Source: Octopus vulgaris (lineage: Eukaryota). From it: a stretch of DNA of 64,000 nt. The position numbers and the translations under genes are program-made. Below, one piece after another: positions 44,470-59,486 of the stretch (within the stretch, counting starts at the first letter, position 1; each line of letters opens with the position of its first letter). Location: NCBI GenBank assembly GCA_951406725.2, contig OX597820.1:69254001-69318000 (forward strand). The letters are read 5' to 3'. Below the pieces are notes generated by a model. The model was not told the origin of the DNA. It saw nothing but the letters and a program-made list of their open reading frames with translations, and did no database searches.

Positions 44470-44999
44470 CATATATGTGTGTGTGTATGTGTGTTGGTTT
44501 GTGGAGCCCTTTAAGGGCTCCCTGGGTTTTCACAATCATAATAACCCAAATATTCCTCTTAGCTTTCCCGCTCCATATTCGTTAATATAGAATTGTTGAA
44601 AACTGTCTTATTGTTTCTTTACACGACACCGATTAGATTATATTTTAAAAGTTACCTTGTTTTCAGTATATACGAGAACATAGAGCTACACGTGAATGCA
44701 CACAGAGGCATGGCTAACTACTTTTCCAATCTAACTACCTACAAAGTCACCTACATAGATACATAAATGTGTGAAATTGTGTTCCTCCGTATGAAGGGCT
44801 TCCGAGCAGTTTCCTTCTAAGGCACTCCAAACACAAGACATATCAATTTTCATATCGAGGTTGTGAGAAAAAATGCTTTCATTCAAATCCCTGCGGATTG
44901 GGCTCCAACCAGAAGGCATGCAGTTACAATGCGGATCTCTTTATCACACATTAGTTACTGTACCCATCCACATAAGGTCACATATAAACAACAGTCGTA

Positions 45000-45074
<75 letters not shown>

Positions 45075-45077
<3 letters not shown>

Positions 45078-45384
45078 TTTTTTCATTTCTTTCAGGCATT
45101 AGACTGTGGCTTTGCTTGGTTACCAGTTGTACGTTTTTTTTGTTTTTTTTTAAATTACTTCTTTTTAAGCCAAGTACTTATTCTATCGTTTCTTTGCCGA
45201 ACCGCTCAGTTGCAAGCACATAAACACGGTTCTCAAGTGTTGGTGTGAGACAAACATACACGAAGACAAACACAAGCACAAACCCACATATTTCTTTCCC
45301 CCTGTTTCTTTCTTTCTTTCCTTCCTTCCTTCCTTCTTTTTCTTTCTTTCTTTCTTTCTTTCTTTCTATCTCTCTCTCTTTCTT

Positions 45385-45462
<78 letters not shown>

Positions 45463-45580
45463 CGACGGGTTTCCCTCTCCCACATCCACCCACAAAGCTT
45501 TGAAGTCTACTGTAGAAGACACCTGCTGAAGGTGCCACGCAAGGGGTCTGAACGGGAAACTGTGTGGTTGGGAGCTAATT
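45075..45580 (-). mobile_element. SINE family A, old copy with expanded internal (CTTT)/(CT)/(TA) tract
   Basis: aagtacttattctatcg...tgccgaaccgct and tacgacggg...gtagaagacac...aaggtgccacgc match family A reverse complement. Confidence 0.7.
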
Positions 45581-45588
45581 CCTTATCA

Positions 45589-45653
<65 letters not shown>

Positions 45654-46168
45654 ACACATACACACATACACGTATATAGATAGAGAGGATAGTGAGGAAG
45701 AGAACTACATTATATTTTACGTATAAATGAGTATGCGTGTGTGTGTGTGTTTGCTTGTGTTCACGTGTGAGTCTGTATGAGTTTCTGTACAAGTGCGTGT
45801 ATTTCTGCGTATGTGTGCGTGCTTGTATGTGTGTACGCGCCAAGGTGTAACATTTAGAATAATATCTGTGGCACTATTTCCAGAACTCATTTATTCCCTT
45901 CATTACGCTTCTAGAGTGATTCTTCGAAGCAAGTTTAGTCACTGCAATGGTCATTGTCTCTTCTTTCTTAGCCACCGTGACCAAGGTCGTGCAGTGACAT
46001 CGACTTAGTTAATTATTTTCTGTATTCCATTCTCTCAGCAAACAATATGGGTAATTACTGTATGATAATATATTTATCTCTCTGATCCTGAAATATCAAC
46101 TAATAACTACCTTTATTTATCGTATTACTTGATTAGAATAGTGATTCACTTCACATTTCAACGCACAG

Positions 46169-46250
<82 letters not shown>

Positions 46251-46817
46251 GTGTTATATATATATATATATACGCACAGACACTCACACTCATGCACACA
46301 GACAGGCATTCACACACACATACACATACCCACAGATACACATACGTACACGGTTATTTATAGTTGTTTTTATACTACATATATACAAATATGTATACAT
46401 GCAAGTATGTATGTATGTATATATATATATTATATATATATAATATGTATATATATATGTATGTATAAGAAGCAAATTTTTTAAACATATGTATACATTC
46501 ATGCACATGTGTGTGCATATATATTTATATAAATATATATATATATATATATACATGTATGTGTTTTGTATGCATGTATATATACACACACGTATATATA
46601 CACACATATATATATACACACATATATATATATGTATGTATGTATGTATGTATATGTGTACATATAGACAGACACACACACTCACACACAATGTGCTCAT
46701 GTGTACTATGTCTGCCAACAATGTAACAATGTCTTTATGCAAATCCCAGTAACATGATAGATGGGATGTTATCAAATAACCTTCGTTCACCACCACCGCC
46801 AACAGCTCCTCCTCCCA

Positions 46818-46907
46818 TTCTTCTTCTTCTTCTTCTTCTTCTTCTTCTTCTTCTTCTTCTTCTTCTTCTTCTTCTTCTTCTTCTTCTTCTTCTTCTTCTT
46901 CTTCTTC
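46818..46907. repeat. (TTC)30 trinucleotide microsatellite
   Basis: Uninterrupted 90-bp run. Confidence 0.97.
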
Positions 46908-47870
46908 CACTAACGTATGCAAAATAAAGTAAATCGTATTATGTGCAAGTTAAGTGGCACCCCTGTAGATTTCCATGTCCCCAAATGGCGTAAAGATATC
47001 ATCCCTTTCACTCAACTTAATATACACGGCGTAAATTTGTCCCTAATTATACCCGTTGTCTACCTGTATTTCTGTACACGTTTCTATATTTATGCGTCTA
47101 TATATTTGTGTGAGTGTGTGCGTATCTTATATAAATTATATAATAGAGTTACCTATAACAGAATTATTCTAATGTTTACACAAAGGTACACGATCTCATA
47201 GGCCAATCGATGAAAAAACGAAGAAGATTCTAAGATGTCGGTCGAACTGGTACAAATAGAGTTGGTTGCCAAATTCACCTTAAATCAAAATCTAACCTCT
47301 TCGCAGATGAATAGATATTAGTTATTGTAGTTCTTACATATTTCTTGAAAGAGATGATGGTCGTGCCTGGAATACGTTTGGTCATTTTTAACCTGTGGCC
47401 GAATTCCACCACCACCACCACCACCACCACCGTAATCCCCACCAAAACCGCCATCACCAATTACAATGTTCTATGTAACAAACTTTACTTAAATGGATCA
47501 GGTGTTGACGTAATCCAACGTAATTTTTGCTTTGGTACACCTGATGATTATCAATGAGTGCAGCGTGGAAAGGGATTAACGATTTTACACGAAGTTACCC
47601 ACAAATACCAGCACAAATATTAAGAACTCAACTCACATTTACGGTTAGTTCGTCCGATGTATTTGGAATTCAACTATTGCAACACGTATGATTTCCTCAG
47701 GATGGCCCTTAATACAAAAGGAAGCATTTCCATGTAGCGTGAGGCTGGGTTAAAAATATGAATCGGAAATCAAAGAATAGGGAAAGGATACAAAGATTTC
47801 AAAATTTAAATCAATAAAAAGAAATAATAATAATAAATAAATTAATTGAATTAAAAAACTCAGAAGTAGC

Positions 47871-48141
47871 ATTCCATCGGTTACCAAGACGTGGGTTCCT
47901 GATGATCTGAAATTAAGGTGCAAGTGACTGAGCACTCACGTGTCTGTACACGTGTACCCTTAACATTGTTCTCAGGGAAATTCAGCGTGACACAGGTACG
48001 ACACATTTTTGCCGGCCGAGTGGATGCGAGCAACGCGAAATAAAGAGTCTTGCTCAAGAATAAAATGTACCGCCAAGAATCGAACACATGACCTTGCGAT
48101 CGGGCGCCGTTTACCCTAACCTCTTAGCCACGTGTCTTCAC
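47871..48141 (-). mobile_element. tRNA-derived SINE, fourth family (related remnant at about 10550-10810, plus strand)
   Basis: Minus-strand head gtgaagacacgtggctaagaggttagg...gatcgcaagg...GTTCGATTC, followed by cttgagcaagac. Confidence 0.6.
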
Positions 48142-49759
48142 TATAATCTATACAAAATGTCAGCATGACATAATAATTCTCTTGTATTTTTCTCCGTCAA
48201 CATATGAATGAGAAAGGAAGGGATGATTGCAAACTGGTAGTGGGAGTGTTTCAACACTGTGTGAGTATATGTACGTGTATGTAAAATGGAGGTATATGAA
48301 CGTGTGTGTGTGTGTGTATGCAATAGAAGTGGGATGGTGAACATTCAATGCTGAAAAGGAAAATCAAACGGCGTTTCAACCCTGTGTGAGTATACGTGTG
48401 TATGTGTATGTGCGTGTACAAGGGACGAATGTGTATGATTGTATGTGAGAACCAGCATTCTTTCAGTAACAAACGATGATCGATGTCACTTCTCAAAAGA
48501 CAACCACTTGATAACATTACCATCCATATTTCTATATAAAATACTACAATTAGCTGTCATTTTTTACGGCATGGGGCCAGCTAGTGTATTATATTCAGTG
48601 TGCAATAAAGGTGCAAGGCCTGGGGTTTAAGCTACTGGGAACACTTTAAGACCGTGCGTTCGATTCTGGGAGCAAGCGGTACGTTGTGTCTTTGAGCTAA
48701 GTATTTCATTTCAAATTGTTCCAGTGCATTGATCTGAAACGTGCATACCAGTCTTTTCTACCTTCAGTTATCAAATACTCAGTCAACCGTGGCAGGAAAG
48801 AGAGGGAGTTTGTATAACAATTTGCGAAAGCATTGTACGAACTACAAAGTCAAACTCGCTCGCGAGTGACGGCTACAAATAATTTTATTCAAAGAACATC
48901 AAAAACCTGAATTCGAAATTAATAAAGGAAAGTCAAACCGCATTAATCGATGATTGTTTTAATTATTTCGCAAAGTACGGGAAACAATGCCAAACTTGTT
49001 TTCTCCTTATTGTGACATTGTCAGTGAAACAGACTTCACTGTACTTAAAGACTTAGTGATATGAGAATCACAGACTAAATGCATAAAATGTTACACGTGG
49101 AATCGGAAAATATAACTGTTTACCTAATAAGTAAAGTGAAATGTATCATCTACATGAAGAATAATAAATTTGTTTTTGTAACAACAAAAAAAGGAAAGAA
49201 ATCTGGAGATCTTCTGACACATTTCTGCAAATAATGACCCTTGCTGAATTTGTGCAGATAGTGACTGTTAGAATATCATGAGTGCCACGAAACTGCCATT
49301 GTTTTCTGCTCGTCTAAATAAAATTCATGTATGAATGCTCTGACTTAAATCATCATTCTAATAATGAATCTGAAGAAAGTGTGGAGCACCAGATTAAATT
49401 CGATTGTTCCTCTTATACTCTAATTAAAAAATCGAATAGGCTTGATAAATATGGAACGGTGAGTCCAAGTTACTTATAATTTCAAAATAACTCAAAGGCA
49501 CCGAATGTGGTCGAATTCATTATGATCAAACTTCGCTACTATTTTCAAATGCTTCACTCAGAAGGTGATTTACTTTAGGTGAAAGACAGTTGCCCTTACT
49601 TTCTTTTGCGATATGAAGAACATTCAGGGAGAAAACATAAAATGGTTATATTTTTAACTGGCTTTAAATTTCCTTATGACTTGAATCAGCATACACACAC
49701 AACATGTCGGCAGTGCAAATTTTGGTCTTTTGAGAAAAGGATATGATTTTAGATAAACA

Positions 49760-50150
49760 ACTAAATATATTCTGTACATATATTGTATACTGCAGTTGTT
49801 GTATCCAGTCTCATATATCGGGACAAATTATAGACGATATTGCCATAAGATGGAAATGTACCACAAGAGACGTGTGTGGAAAATTCTGCTCATACAGTAT
49901 GAAAACCAAGAAACATCAGTGCACTCAAGGAAGACAATATTTAGTGAAATGAAACCCATAACTTCTCAGCATCAGCTTTAATATGCTGGTCATGTAGTGT
50001 GAGTGGTGGCCCATCCATGGCTTAAATAACTGCTATACAACCAGCGCAAAGAAGGAAAAAACGGTCTAAACACGAATCGCCAAAAAATTTGAAAAAAATG
50101 ATGGCTGCAATTGGCCTCAGTGTGTCCGAATGGGAATTGTTGGCGTAAAT
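49760..50150 (+). mobile_element. Highly decayed RTE/BovB-type LINE, post-RT C-terminal region (may extend upstream to about 48950)
   Basis: Collinear broken motifs across frameshifts and stops: LYTAVVVSSLIY, NYRRYCHKMEMYHKRRVWKIL, QHQL*YAGHVV*, LK*LLYNQRKEGK, SEWELLA. These match the RTE pattern VY.AVV..LLY..ETW..YRR....LE.FH.RCLR.IL ... QLRWAGHV.RM ... PKQLLY ... WE.LA. Confidence 0.7.
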
Positions 50151-51090
50151 GCACCACAGAGAAGGACCATTCGTGTTAGAGCCCAACTCTTCAAAACAGC
50201 ACGAAATGATCTTGAGGATAGATGTGAACGGAGAAAATATGACGAAGCAATTGACATAACGCGCTTTCTCCAGCGATACAAGATATAACAGGGCTTATGG
50301 CTCGTCCATTATCCGACATAGTCACGTGCAAGTTTATGGCATATAAACTTCTATATATATGAAAATGTGCAACAGCAAAAATTAGATGGTTAACAATGTA
50401 AGGAAATGATGTTCCATTTATTAGGATGGGGTGAAGTATTTTACTCACAGTAGCTTAAACCTGGTGCAAACTGAGACAAACCCCGTTCAAATGAACCTCT
50501 AAGCACAAGTTAGACTTTATACATCGAATGGACGTTGCGTGTAGATGCATATACAAGCACATAAGCAAGGCTACGCACGCACAAACATTCACATACACTG
50601 CTGTCATACACAAGCTATACACTTGATCTGCTAGAAATGGTTGCTAAATCTCCATCAAAATAACACAGTTAAATATTGGATGGATATTGCTCAATGCTGG
50701 TTGCACAATTCTCTCATAAAGTTCAGGAGGACATATTGGAAAATGTAGCTGTGTGTATGATATGTAAAGAGCAAAGAAATAAAATGAAATAGTGTGTCAC
50801 GGCTGGAATGTGCTTGGTTATACGTCGGCTCAATTAGTAGAGTCTACCTGGAGCTAACCAACAACAACAACAACAGCAACGGCAACAACATCATTCGAAG
50901 TTAGTTTCTTCCTTTCAAAATGCTTTTCGACTCAAATGTGTTTTACACCACCACGAGCACCACCACGAACACCACCACCACCACAATCACCACCACCACA
51001 ACCACCACCACTACCATCACCACTACCACTACCACCACCACCACCACAAACCACCACTCTTCAGCATTAGCAATATCTTCAGTAACAGAA

Positions 51091-51174
<84 letters not shown>

Positions 51175-51259
51175 GCTACTAGTCTTTTGTTCCTCGTCAT
51201 GATTTATACATATATTGTTTGTCTTTGTGACTGTATACTTATATATTTGCTTGTTTGTT

Positions 51260-51302
<43 letters not shown>

Positions 51303-52355
51303 AGTGTGGCGGTGATAGCACATCTTACATTTGTCACTTCGTTTTTCGCGCTTCCTCTGTCGCTTCTTTTACATTTCATTTTTTTCCCCTCTCTCTCCTT
51401 TAGACTCGCATACAGCTTTCTCACTCTATATGTAGAAATATGCCGTGTCTTCGTTATTGTCCTCATCATCCTCTCCATCATCCTCTCCATCACCGTCATC
51501 TTTGTCATCACCATCATCGTCGGCGTCGCCATCATCACGATCATCATCACCACCATCGCCATCATCACAGCCATCACAACCACCACAACCAACATCACTA
51601 TCATTATCATCATCAGCCATATTACTATACCTATAATTTCTTTATCTCTGCACCTCTCTTGAAGCTCTTCTTTCCAACCATCCCTCCAACCATCCCTCCA
51701 TCCATCCATCCATCCATCCATTCTCTACCTATTTCTGTCACCACCCCACCTACACTCTCAGTCTTCTCCCAGTACTTTTATACAAACGACATTCTTTCTA
51801 TTCTATTTTTATTCTTCCTTTTATCTCGTCTATTCTTTTATTCTTCTATTCTTTTATTCTTCTGTTCTTTTATTCATTCATTTATTTTTATATGCCTTAG
51901 TTTTTTTTTTGTTTCTTTTTCGCTTCCTTTTCTATTTTTTCTCATCATGTATTCTCTGTTATTTTGTCTTTCTTGTTTCTTGTCTTTCTTTTCAATGGGA
52001 GGGTTACGGCAATATAACTTCTCCTTTTTCGTCTCCTTTTTCTTCTTCCTTTTTTTTCTTCTTCTTCTTCTTCTTCTCTAATGTGTCTTCTTTTAGTTGA
52101 AGTAGCGACATTCGTTTAGTTTCACAAACGCTGAAAGAACTGAAAAACAGACAGGAGTGAATTACACGTAGAAAAATATCAGGAAAAAAAAAGAAAGGAA
52201 AGAGAGAAGGAGAGAAAGATACGAAGAGAGAGGGAGAGAGAGAGAGAAAGAAAGACAGAGAGAGAGAGAGAGTAAATGAGTGGGACAGAGATGACATGTG
52301 AGATACACAGGCACACATACATACACACACACACTCATATATATGTCTGTACATA

Positions 52356-52471
<116 letters not shown>

Positions 52472-52472
52472 G

Positions 52473-52548
<76 letters not shown>

Positions 52549-52680
52549 TGCATATATTCATATATATATATAGTTCTGCATATATTCATATATATATAGT
52601 TATTTATTTCGGTTTATAAATATAAGTACACATATGTGTATGTATATGAATAACTCATATATTGTATATACATATTTCAT

Positions 52681-52732
<52 letters not shown>

Positions 52733-53399
52733 ATGTGTACATTCACATGCATACACACGCACACACACATAGATGCATGTAAATAAATATATACATTTAT
52801 ATAAAGGCATGTGTATATATATATGTGTATATATATGTGTGTGTTTGTGTGTGCGTATACACACACACAAGCACACACATATACACACAAAGGCGTATGA
52901 GAGAAGACCGTGGTGAAAGAGAAGAAGTAGGTGACCATGCTGGTAGTGGATCTTGAAAAGATAGTGAATGAGAAAGCTTCCCCTGTCTTATACGATAACA
53001 AAAGTAGGTTTAGAAAAGAGTTCTGTAACTGAAGACCTGCCCTTTATTCTCTTATTCTCACTCAGTCGCTTGCTTCAGTTTGTCTGTCTGTCTGTCTGTC
53101 TTTCTTGTTGTATTTTACTCTATACATGTTTTCCTATAAACTTGCCTCTTTTTCTCTGTAATCCAAAATCCTCCAGCAGTCTAATATGAATATATATATA
53201 TATATATACATTCTCACACGCTCGCAGACACAGACGCGGGCACACACACACATACGAACACATGCTTTTACACACACGCGCGCGCGCGTGCACCCATACA
53301 CGCACATAGACAAAATCACTCTCATACACATACATGTACACCCTCATATTTTTATCTATCTATCTATCAATCTATCTATCTCTCTCTCTCTCTCTCTAT

Positions 53400-53439
<40 letters not shown>

Positions 53440-53543
53440 CTATAGATATATCTACCTGGCTATATTGTATATTCTATTTTACCAGTTTATCATATTGTAT
53501 GCTTATTATGTATAACATATGCGTTATACATACACACATACAT

Positions 53544-53582
<39 letters not shown>

Positions 53583-53626
53583 CACATATATACATACATA
53601 CACACACATATACATATATATATATT

Positions 53627-53768
<142 letters not shown>

Positions 53769-54192
53769 TTACAGAAACACACATACACATATAAGCACAT
53801 ACACACACACACACATATATTAAGATGATTCAGGCACTTCAAAAAATGTGTCATCTCCCTACATAACAAATTAATTATATTTATACTTGTTGTTTTCGGC
53901 ACTCTCCGCTGTGTGTTCAAATCCTGCTGTCATAAATTTTATCTTTAACCCCTCTGGTATTGATAAAATATATAGAATATATGTCAAATACCGTAATAGG
54001 TTGATTTAATTCACTAGTTCTTTCTTATTTGATTCACTAATACTTTCCGATTTGTTTGACTAAAGGCGGTGTTCCAGCATGGTCGCAGTCAAATGGCTGA
54101 AACAAGTAAAAAAAAAAACAGAAACGAACAAAAGAATATTTCCCCCAAAACATCTGTCTACATGGAATGAAATAAATTTTTAAACGGGCATA

Positions 54193-54409
54193 ATCCTTTC
54201 TACTCTAGGGACAAGGCTCAAAATTTTGGGGGAGGGGGCCAGTCGATTAGATCGACTCCAGTACGCAACTGGTACTTAATTTATCGATTCCGAAATGATG
54301 AAAGGCAAAGTTGACCTCGGCGGAATTTGAACTCAGAACATAAAGACATACAAAATACCGCTAAGTATTTCGCCTGGCGTGCTAACATTTCTGCCAGCTC
54401 ACCACCTTT
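54193..54409 (-). mobile_element. SINE family B, near full-length
   Basis: aatcctttctactctagggacaaggc...ggcaaagttgacctcggcggaatttgaactcag...ctgccagctcaccacc. Confidence 0.88.
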
Positions 54410-54749
54410 AACGAGGGATAATACCTGAAGTAGGGAACAGTAATTGCAAATATCACACGGTATATTGTCCGATGCTCTACTGATTCGGCCAAATCCACAT
54501 CGTTACTCCAGAAATTGTATATCGTTGGCCGTTTTTATTGTCAGTGTTTTTGTCGATGTTCTTTAACTCAGGACTTAGCAAGAAGTTCTTACATTAATGA
54601 GGCTCCAGCCTGAAGGGTGGTATTTCTGTTTGTCTTGTTTCTGTTTTATTTATGTACTTTGTGTACCCACAGATTCGTGACATCGCTCTCCACCCCCAGC
54701 AATATATGTATATATGCACCAATAAAAACATATGCATATATACATATAT

Positions 54750-54813
<64 letters not shown>

Positions 54814-55885
54814 TACATAAACTTAGATATGTTTCGGCCAAAGATTGGTCCAGGCCATGTCTAACTTAATAGCACCACCTGATAGGATTATTTGAATCCT
54901 GTTTAAGCCAAGTTTTGTTTATGGTCAGACTAGTTTTTTCTTCACGCTAGTCCACTGGTAGCAAAAAAACCCCAAAACAATTCTAAATATATTTTTGCTA
55001 CCCTGAAATTTATTAATATATATATATGTATATATTTATATATATATATGAATATATGAATATATGTATGTATGTGTGTGTTACGTATATGCATGTGTGT
55101 GTGTGTGTAAGTGAAACTGTTTGCTTCTTATCTCTTTTGAAATAGGAAGTCAACAGATTTTGTATCCATCAAATTACTTTCCATTTTACGCCATTTTGTT
55201 GGACAAGTTTTAAACACCATATACAAAAAAAAAAAGACTAGCTTATTTCTAATAAATGCACCAAATTTTCCGCCTTCTTTTGAACCTTCACTGATCTTTG
55301 CAGTTTATTTTTACCTCCCCGATACACTACGAAAAACACCAAACCACCTCCAGACCAAATAATACTTTCAACCATACAGGGGCTTTGAGATATTTTAAAT
55401 AAGATTTAGCTGCGAATTCTAACAGGACGATAAGTCCAAGAAGAAGCCCCAGACGTCGGCTTGGCGAAGTTATTATCGGTTCTGTAGTTTAAGACAGTGT
55501 TAACATGCTTTAATAGATGCAGGAAGACAGCGTTTAATAAGCTAACTGTAAATAGTTGAGTTGTATGAAACAGAAGTAACAACAATAGCGACAGCAGCAG
55601 CCGCTGTTCTAATAACCTTCCTAAATAGCAGCGCAATCATCACCTTCATCATCACCAGCAATATCAACAGCAGCAGCAGCAACAACAGCAGCATCAATGA
55701 TGATAGCAGCAGCAGCAGCAGTCGGCCAGTGCCGCACACTTGTATTAACGGGTTTGAATAAAGAAGTATATACATACATATATACATACACACACACATA
55801 CATACATACTCACACACATATATATATAATATTATTAGTTTGTTTTATATATATGTGTGTGTGTATATATATATGTGTGTATGTG

Positions 55886-55991
<106 letters not shown>

Positions 55992-56283
55992 CACACACAC
56001 ACACATACACACACACATATATATGTATGTATTTATATGTGCACATGCACGTGGACACATACGCTCAACAGACACATGCATGTGGATATATTTAAAGGTA
56101 TTCTCTCTATATAGCAGATTCAATAATTAAAAAAATTTTAAGTGAAATGTTTCATGGTGCAATACACGTTTTGCGAATGTTTGATGCGGAAACAGCAGGA
56201 GTCGTTTAAATGAACGGTAAAGATGAAGGAAACTCCGAGTATCGATCCACAGAAACCTACCTTTAGTTTCCACACTATGTGTG

Positions 56284-56306
56284 TATGGACGTACGCTTTT
56301 ACATAA

Positions 56307-56370
<64 letters not shown>

Positions 56371-56400
56371 GTTTAAATATTTATATATTTAAGCGTACGT

Positions 56401-56405
<5 letters not shown>
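56284..56405. repeat. Palindrome: 15-bp perfect inverted ends around a (TA)n core
   Basis: tatggacgtacgctt (56284-56298) is the exact reverse complement of aagcgtacgtccata (56391-56405). An inner aaatatataaatat/atatttatatattt pair extends the symmetry. Confidence 0.85.
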
Positions 56406-56461
<56 letters not shown>

Positions 56462-56681
56462 CAAAAGTTGAAAGTCTGCTCAGAGTTTCGCTCCAGGCTG
56501 ACCTGCTCTGATCATTGTGAACAGCCGGGCCCGAAGCGAAAACTATACGTAGACTATTTCAAATTTTGGTATAAAAACTATACCTATCCACTTTATCCAA
56601 CGAATTAAGTTCTGTATTTTGATGTTTGAAACGCGTAAAATATATATATTTTAATATCATTTTTTCAACTCACACATGACT

Positions 56682-56735
<54 letters not shown>

Positions 56736-56744
56736 ACACACACA

Positions 56745-56799
<55 letters not shown>

Positions 56800-58432
56800 T
56801 TGCGTTGTGTGCGCTCAATTTGTTGTGTGTATGAAAGTGCGACAGGAAAGAAGGTGCGCAAATCAAAGATGCTAAAAGCAAACCTGACCAAAAAAATCTT
56901 CTCGTTTTTGGAAGTTCCTCACAAAATTCCATCGATATTCACTTCAGTCACGTGACCAAGTTTTCCGATATTTTCTAACATTGACGTATTTATTCTATTA
57001 ATAACAACAAGAGGTATCCATCCGGCCCAAATCTACCCAAACATTTTATTTCAGTTACTCAAATTCGAGCCGCTATAGTCTTGCACCCTTTCCATACTTT
57101 ACCACCAAGTTTCCTTCACTTTCTTGCTTTTCTTCCTCCCCCTTCTGTTGTCTATGTGTTCTCTCCTTCGTTCGTTCTGTCGAGTTTCTTTTTCTCCCTC
57201 CTACCCTTCATCATCATCATACTTCTTCACCAATCGCTCACTCGTTCTCTACCAATCGCTCACTCTCTATCAATCTAATTACTCATACACATATTATACA
57301 AAGACACGCATACACTCGTGTGCGTGCACACACTCATATATATGCCTTTACCCCTTTTAGGTTCCATCGCAAAGGCTGTGGGCATAATGGGGCACTATCC
57401 CTGTATATATACACACAAACACACACACATATATATATATTAGAGAGAGAGAAATAAATAGATACATACACATGTATATTAAACATATTCACATTTAAAA
57501 CACGCAAACACATACGCACTAGCGCAAGGCAACACACACACACTCGTCACTTTCTCCCCGGTATCCTCCGATTCTATCTTATAGTCTTTCTTTCTACTAC
57601 CTCTCCGACCATAACTCACTGGGAGTTACTTAGTTACTCATCTCTTCCCTTCACTCTTCTCCTCCCTCCACCTCTGCACCACACAGAATTTTTTTCTCTA
57701 TTGCTTCTCTTTCTTTCTCTTCTATTTCTCTCTTAATTTCTCTGTATCTGTCTCTCTCTATCTCACACACAATGCATAGTTTTCTATCTCCTCCTCCTCC
57801 TCTTCATCCTCCTCCTCCTCCTACAACTCATGAAAGCTTTCCTCCTCCTCCTGTTTTCTCCTCCTCCCTCTTTTGACTCTTCCTCTATTCCTGCGCCTCT
57901 TTCTTCCCTCCAATAAACGCTCTCCTCCTCCTCCTCCTTGTCATCTTCCTCCTCCTCCTCCTCCTCTCCCTTTCTTCAGAGTCTCTCTCTCTCTCCCTCT
58001 TCTCTCCTCAACTTGTGGCTTGGCAGTAGGAAGGAATATTAAAAGCGGACTGACAGATTTTATTTTATAAAAGCTAGCAAGCTTCTTATTTCTTCTTCCA
58101 AAGCAAGATTTTGAAATATGTTTGTTTTTGGTTTTCTCCCCAATGCAAAAAGAATGAACAAGGCTTGTTGTTATTACTATATCCATGCGTTTGATGCTTC
58201 TTATTAGTAATGTGTCTCTTCTCGTCGTCGCTATAAACGAAGTGGACCAAAGAAAGAAGAAGAAAAAGAAGAGGAAGAAAATAACGCGAAAGAAAGAAAA
58301 GAAAAAAGACGGAAAATGACAGAGTGATTGAGACACAGAAAGGAGTGAATGAAGAAGGGCCAGCCAAGTGTATAAGGAAAGAGAAAAGTTTAAACTGGAG
58401 AGATAGGGAGAAAGTGAGAGAGAGAGCGAGAG

Positions 58433-58468
<36 letters not shown>

Positions 58469-58663
58469 CGAGAGAGAGAGAGAAATATAGATATAGCAAC
58501 AGAAGATACAATATTCAAAGAGAGAGAGAGAGAGAAAAGGAATTTATTTAAAAATCACTTTTTCACAAAATTAGAAATTTTTCTTATGAAATTGTCAATG
58601 GAATTTAAGAAAATTAACGAAACTACAGTAACCTGAACCATGTGCCCGAACTGACAAAGAAAC

Positions 58664-58731
<68 letters not shown>

Positions 58732-58965
58732 TTTGTGGCAGCAACAGTAACAAAAACAAAAGCAAGAACAGCAAATTCATCAATGTCACCATCTTCATCA
58801 TCAGCATCAGCATCAGCATCATTATCATCGTCATCATTATCATCATTATCATCATCATCGACGACGCCATCTATAAATAACAGTGGAAGTGTGAGGAATA
58901 TAATAACGGAAATCATTTTTTCCATTGCAACATTGACATATCAACTGCTCTGAACTATAAATAAT

Positions 58966-59014
<49 letters not shown>

Positions 59015-59431
59015 GCGTACGGGTTTACGTGAGAATTTGTGCGTGTGTGTAAGCGTATGTATTTTAGACACCTTACATTGAATTAAACGGCGTATGAAAA
59101 TTTCCGACTGATAAAAAAAGAAAACAAGGAGAAAAGAAATAAAAAAGAAAATGGAGTTGTCGACATTATATAGCCTAGCCAATTGGATATCCCATTTACT
59201 TGAGATATATCACTAATTTTGATAAACTACCATAAAAAAAGGAAGAAAAAGGCTAAATTTTTAAATATATATTTTTAATGCAACCGAACAGATTTTTAAA
59301 ATTGTCATAATTATTACTGTTTTGAGAATCTCCAATTTCCTTCTGTCAAAGTTCTTTCACCAGTTTTAATATATTTATATATATATTTTTAAGTTAAATA
59401 TTATTTATTTTACTTTACTTTAAATTTACCT

Positions 59432-59486
<55 letters not shown>

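Noticed and set aside
46290-46922. Poly-Glu ORF
   Set aside because: It is the (TTC)30 microsatellite.
46959-46980. acccctgtagatttcc, resembling miR-10
   Set aside because: It diverges from TACCCTGTAGATCCGAATTTG after the first bases, and there is no precursor hairpin.
47497-47575. CTGATGA...GAAA with a 9-bp atcaggtgt/acacctgat inverted repeat
   Set aside because: No stem II or stem III pairing; compatible with chance.
54820-54870. Minus-strand ggcc...ggccGAAACatat next to (TA)n, hammerhead-like
   Set aside because: No CUGANGA box and no valid stem III or cleavage triplet. At most a dead relic.
55400-55500. GC-richer segment reading DDKSKKKPQTSAWRSYYRF after ctaacAG
   Set aside because: Poor pyrimidine tract, no donor, stops in all plus-strand frames within about 100 nt, and an unrecognised product.
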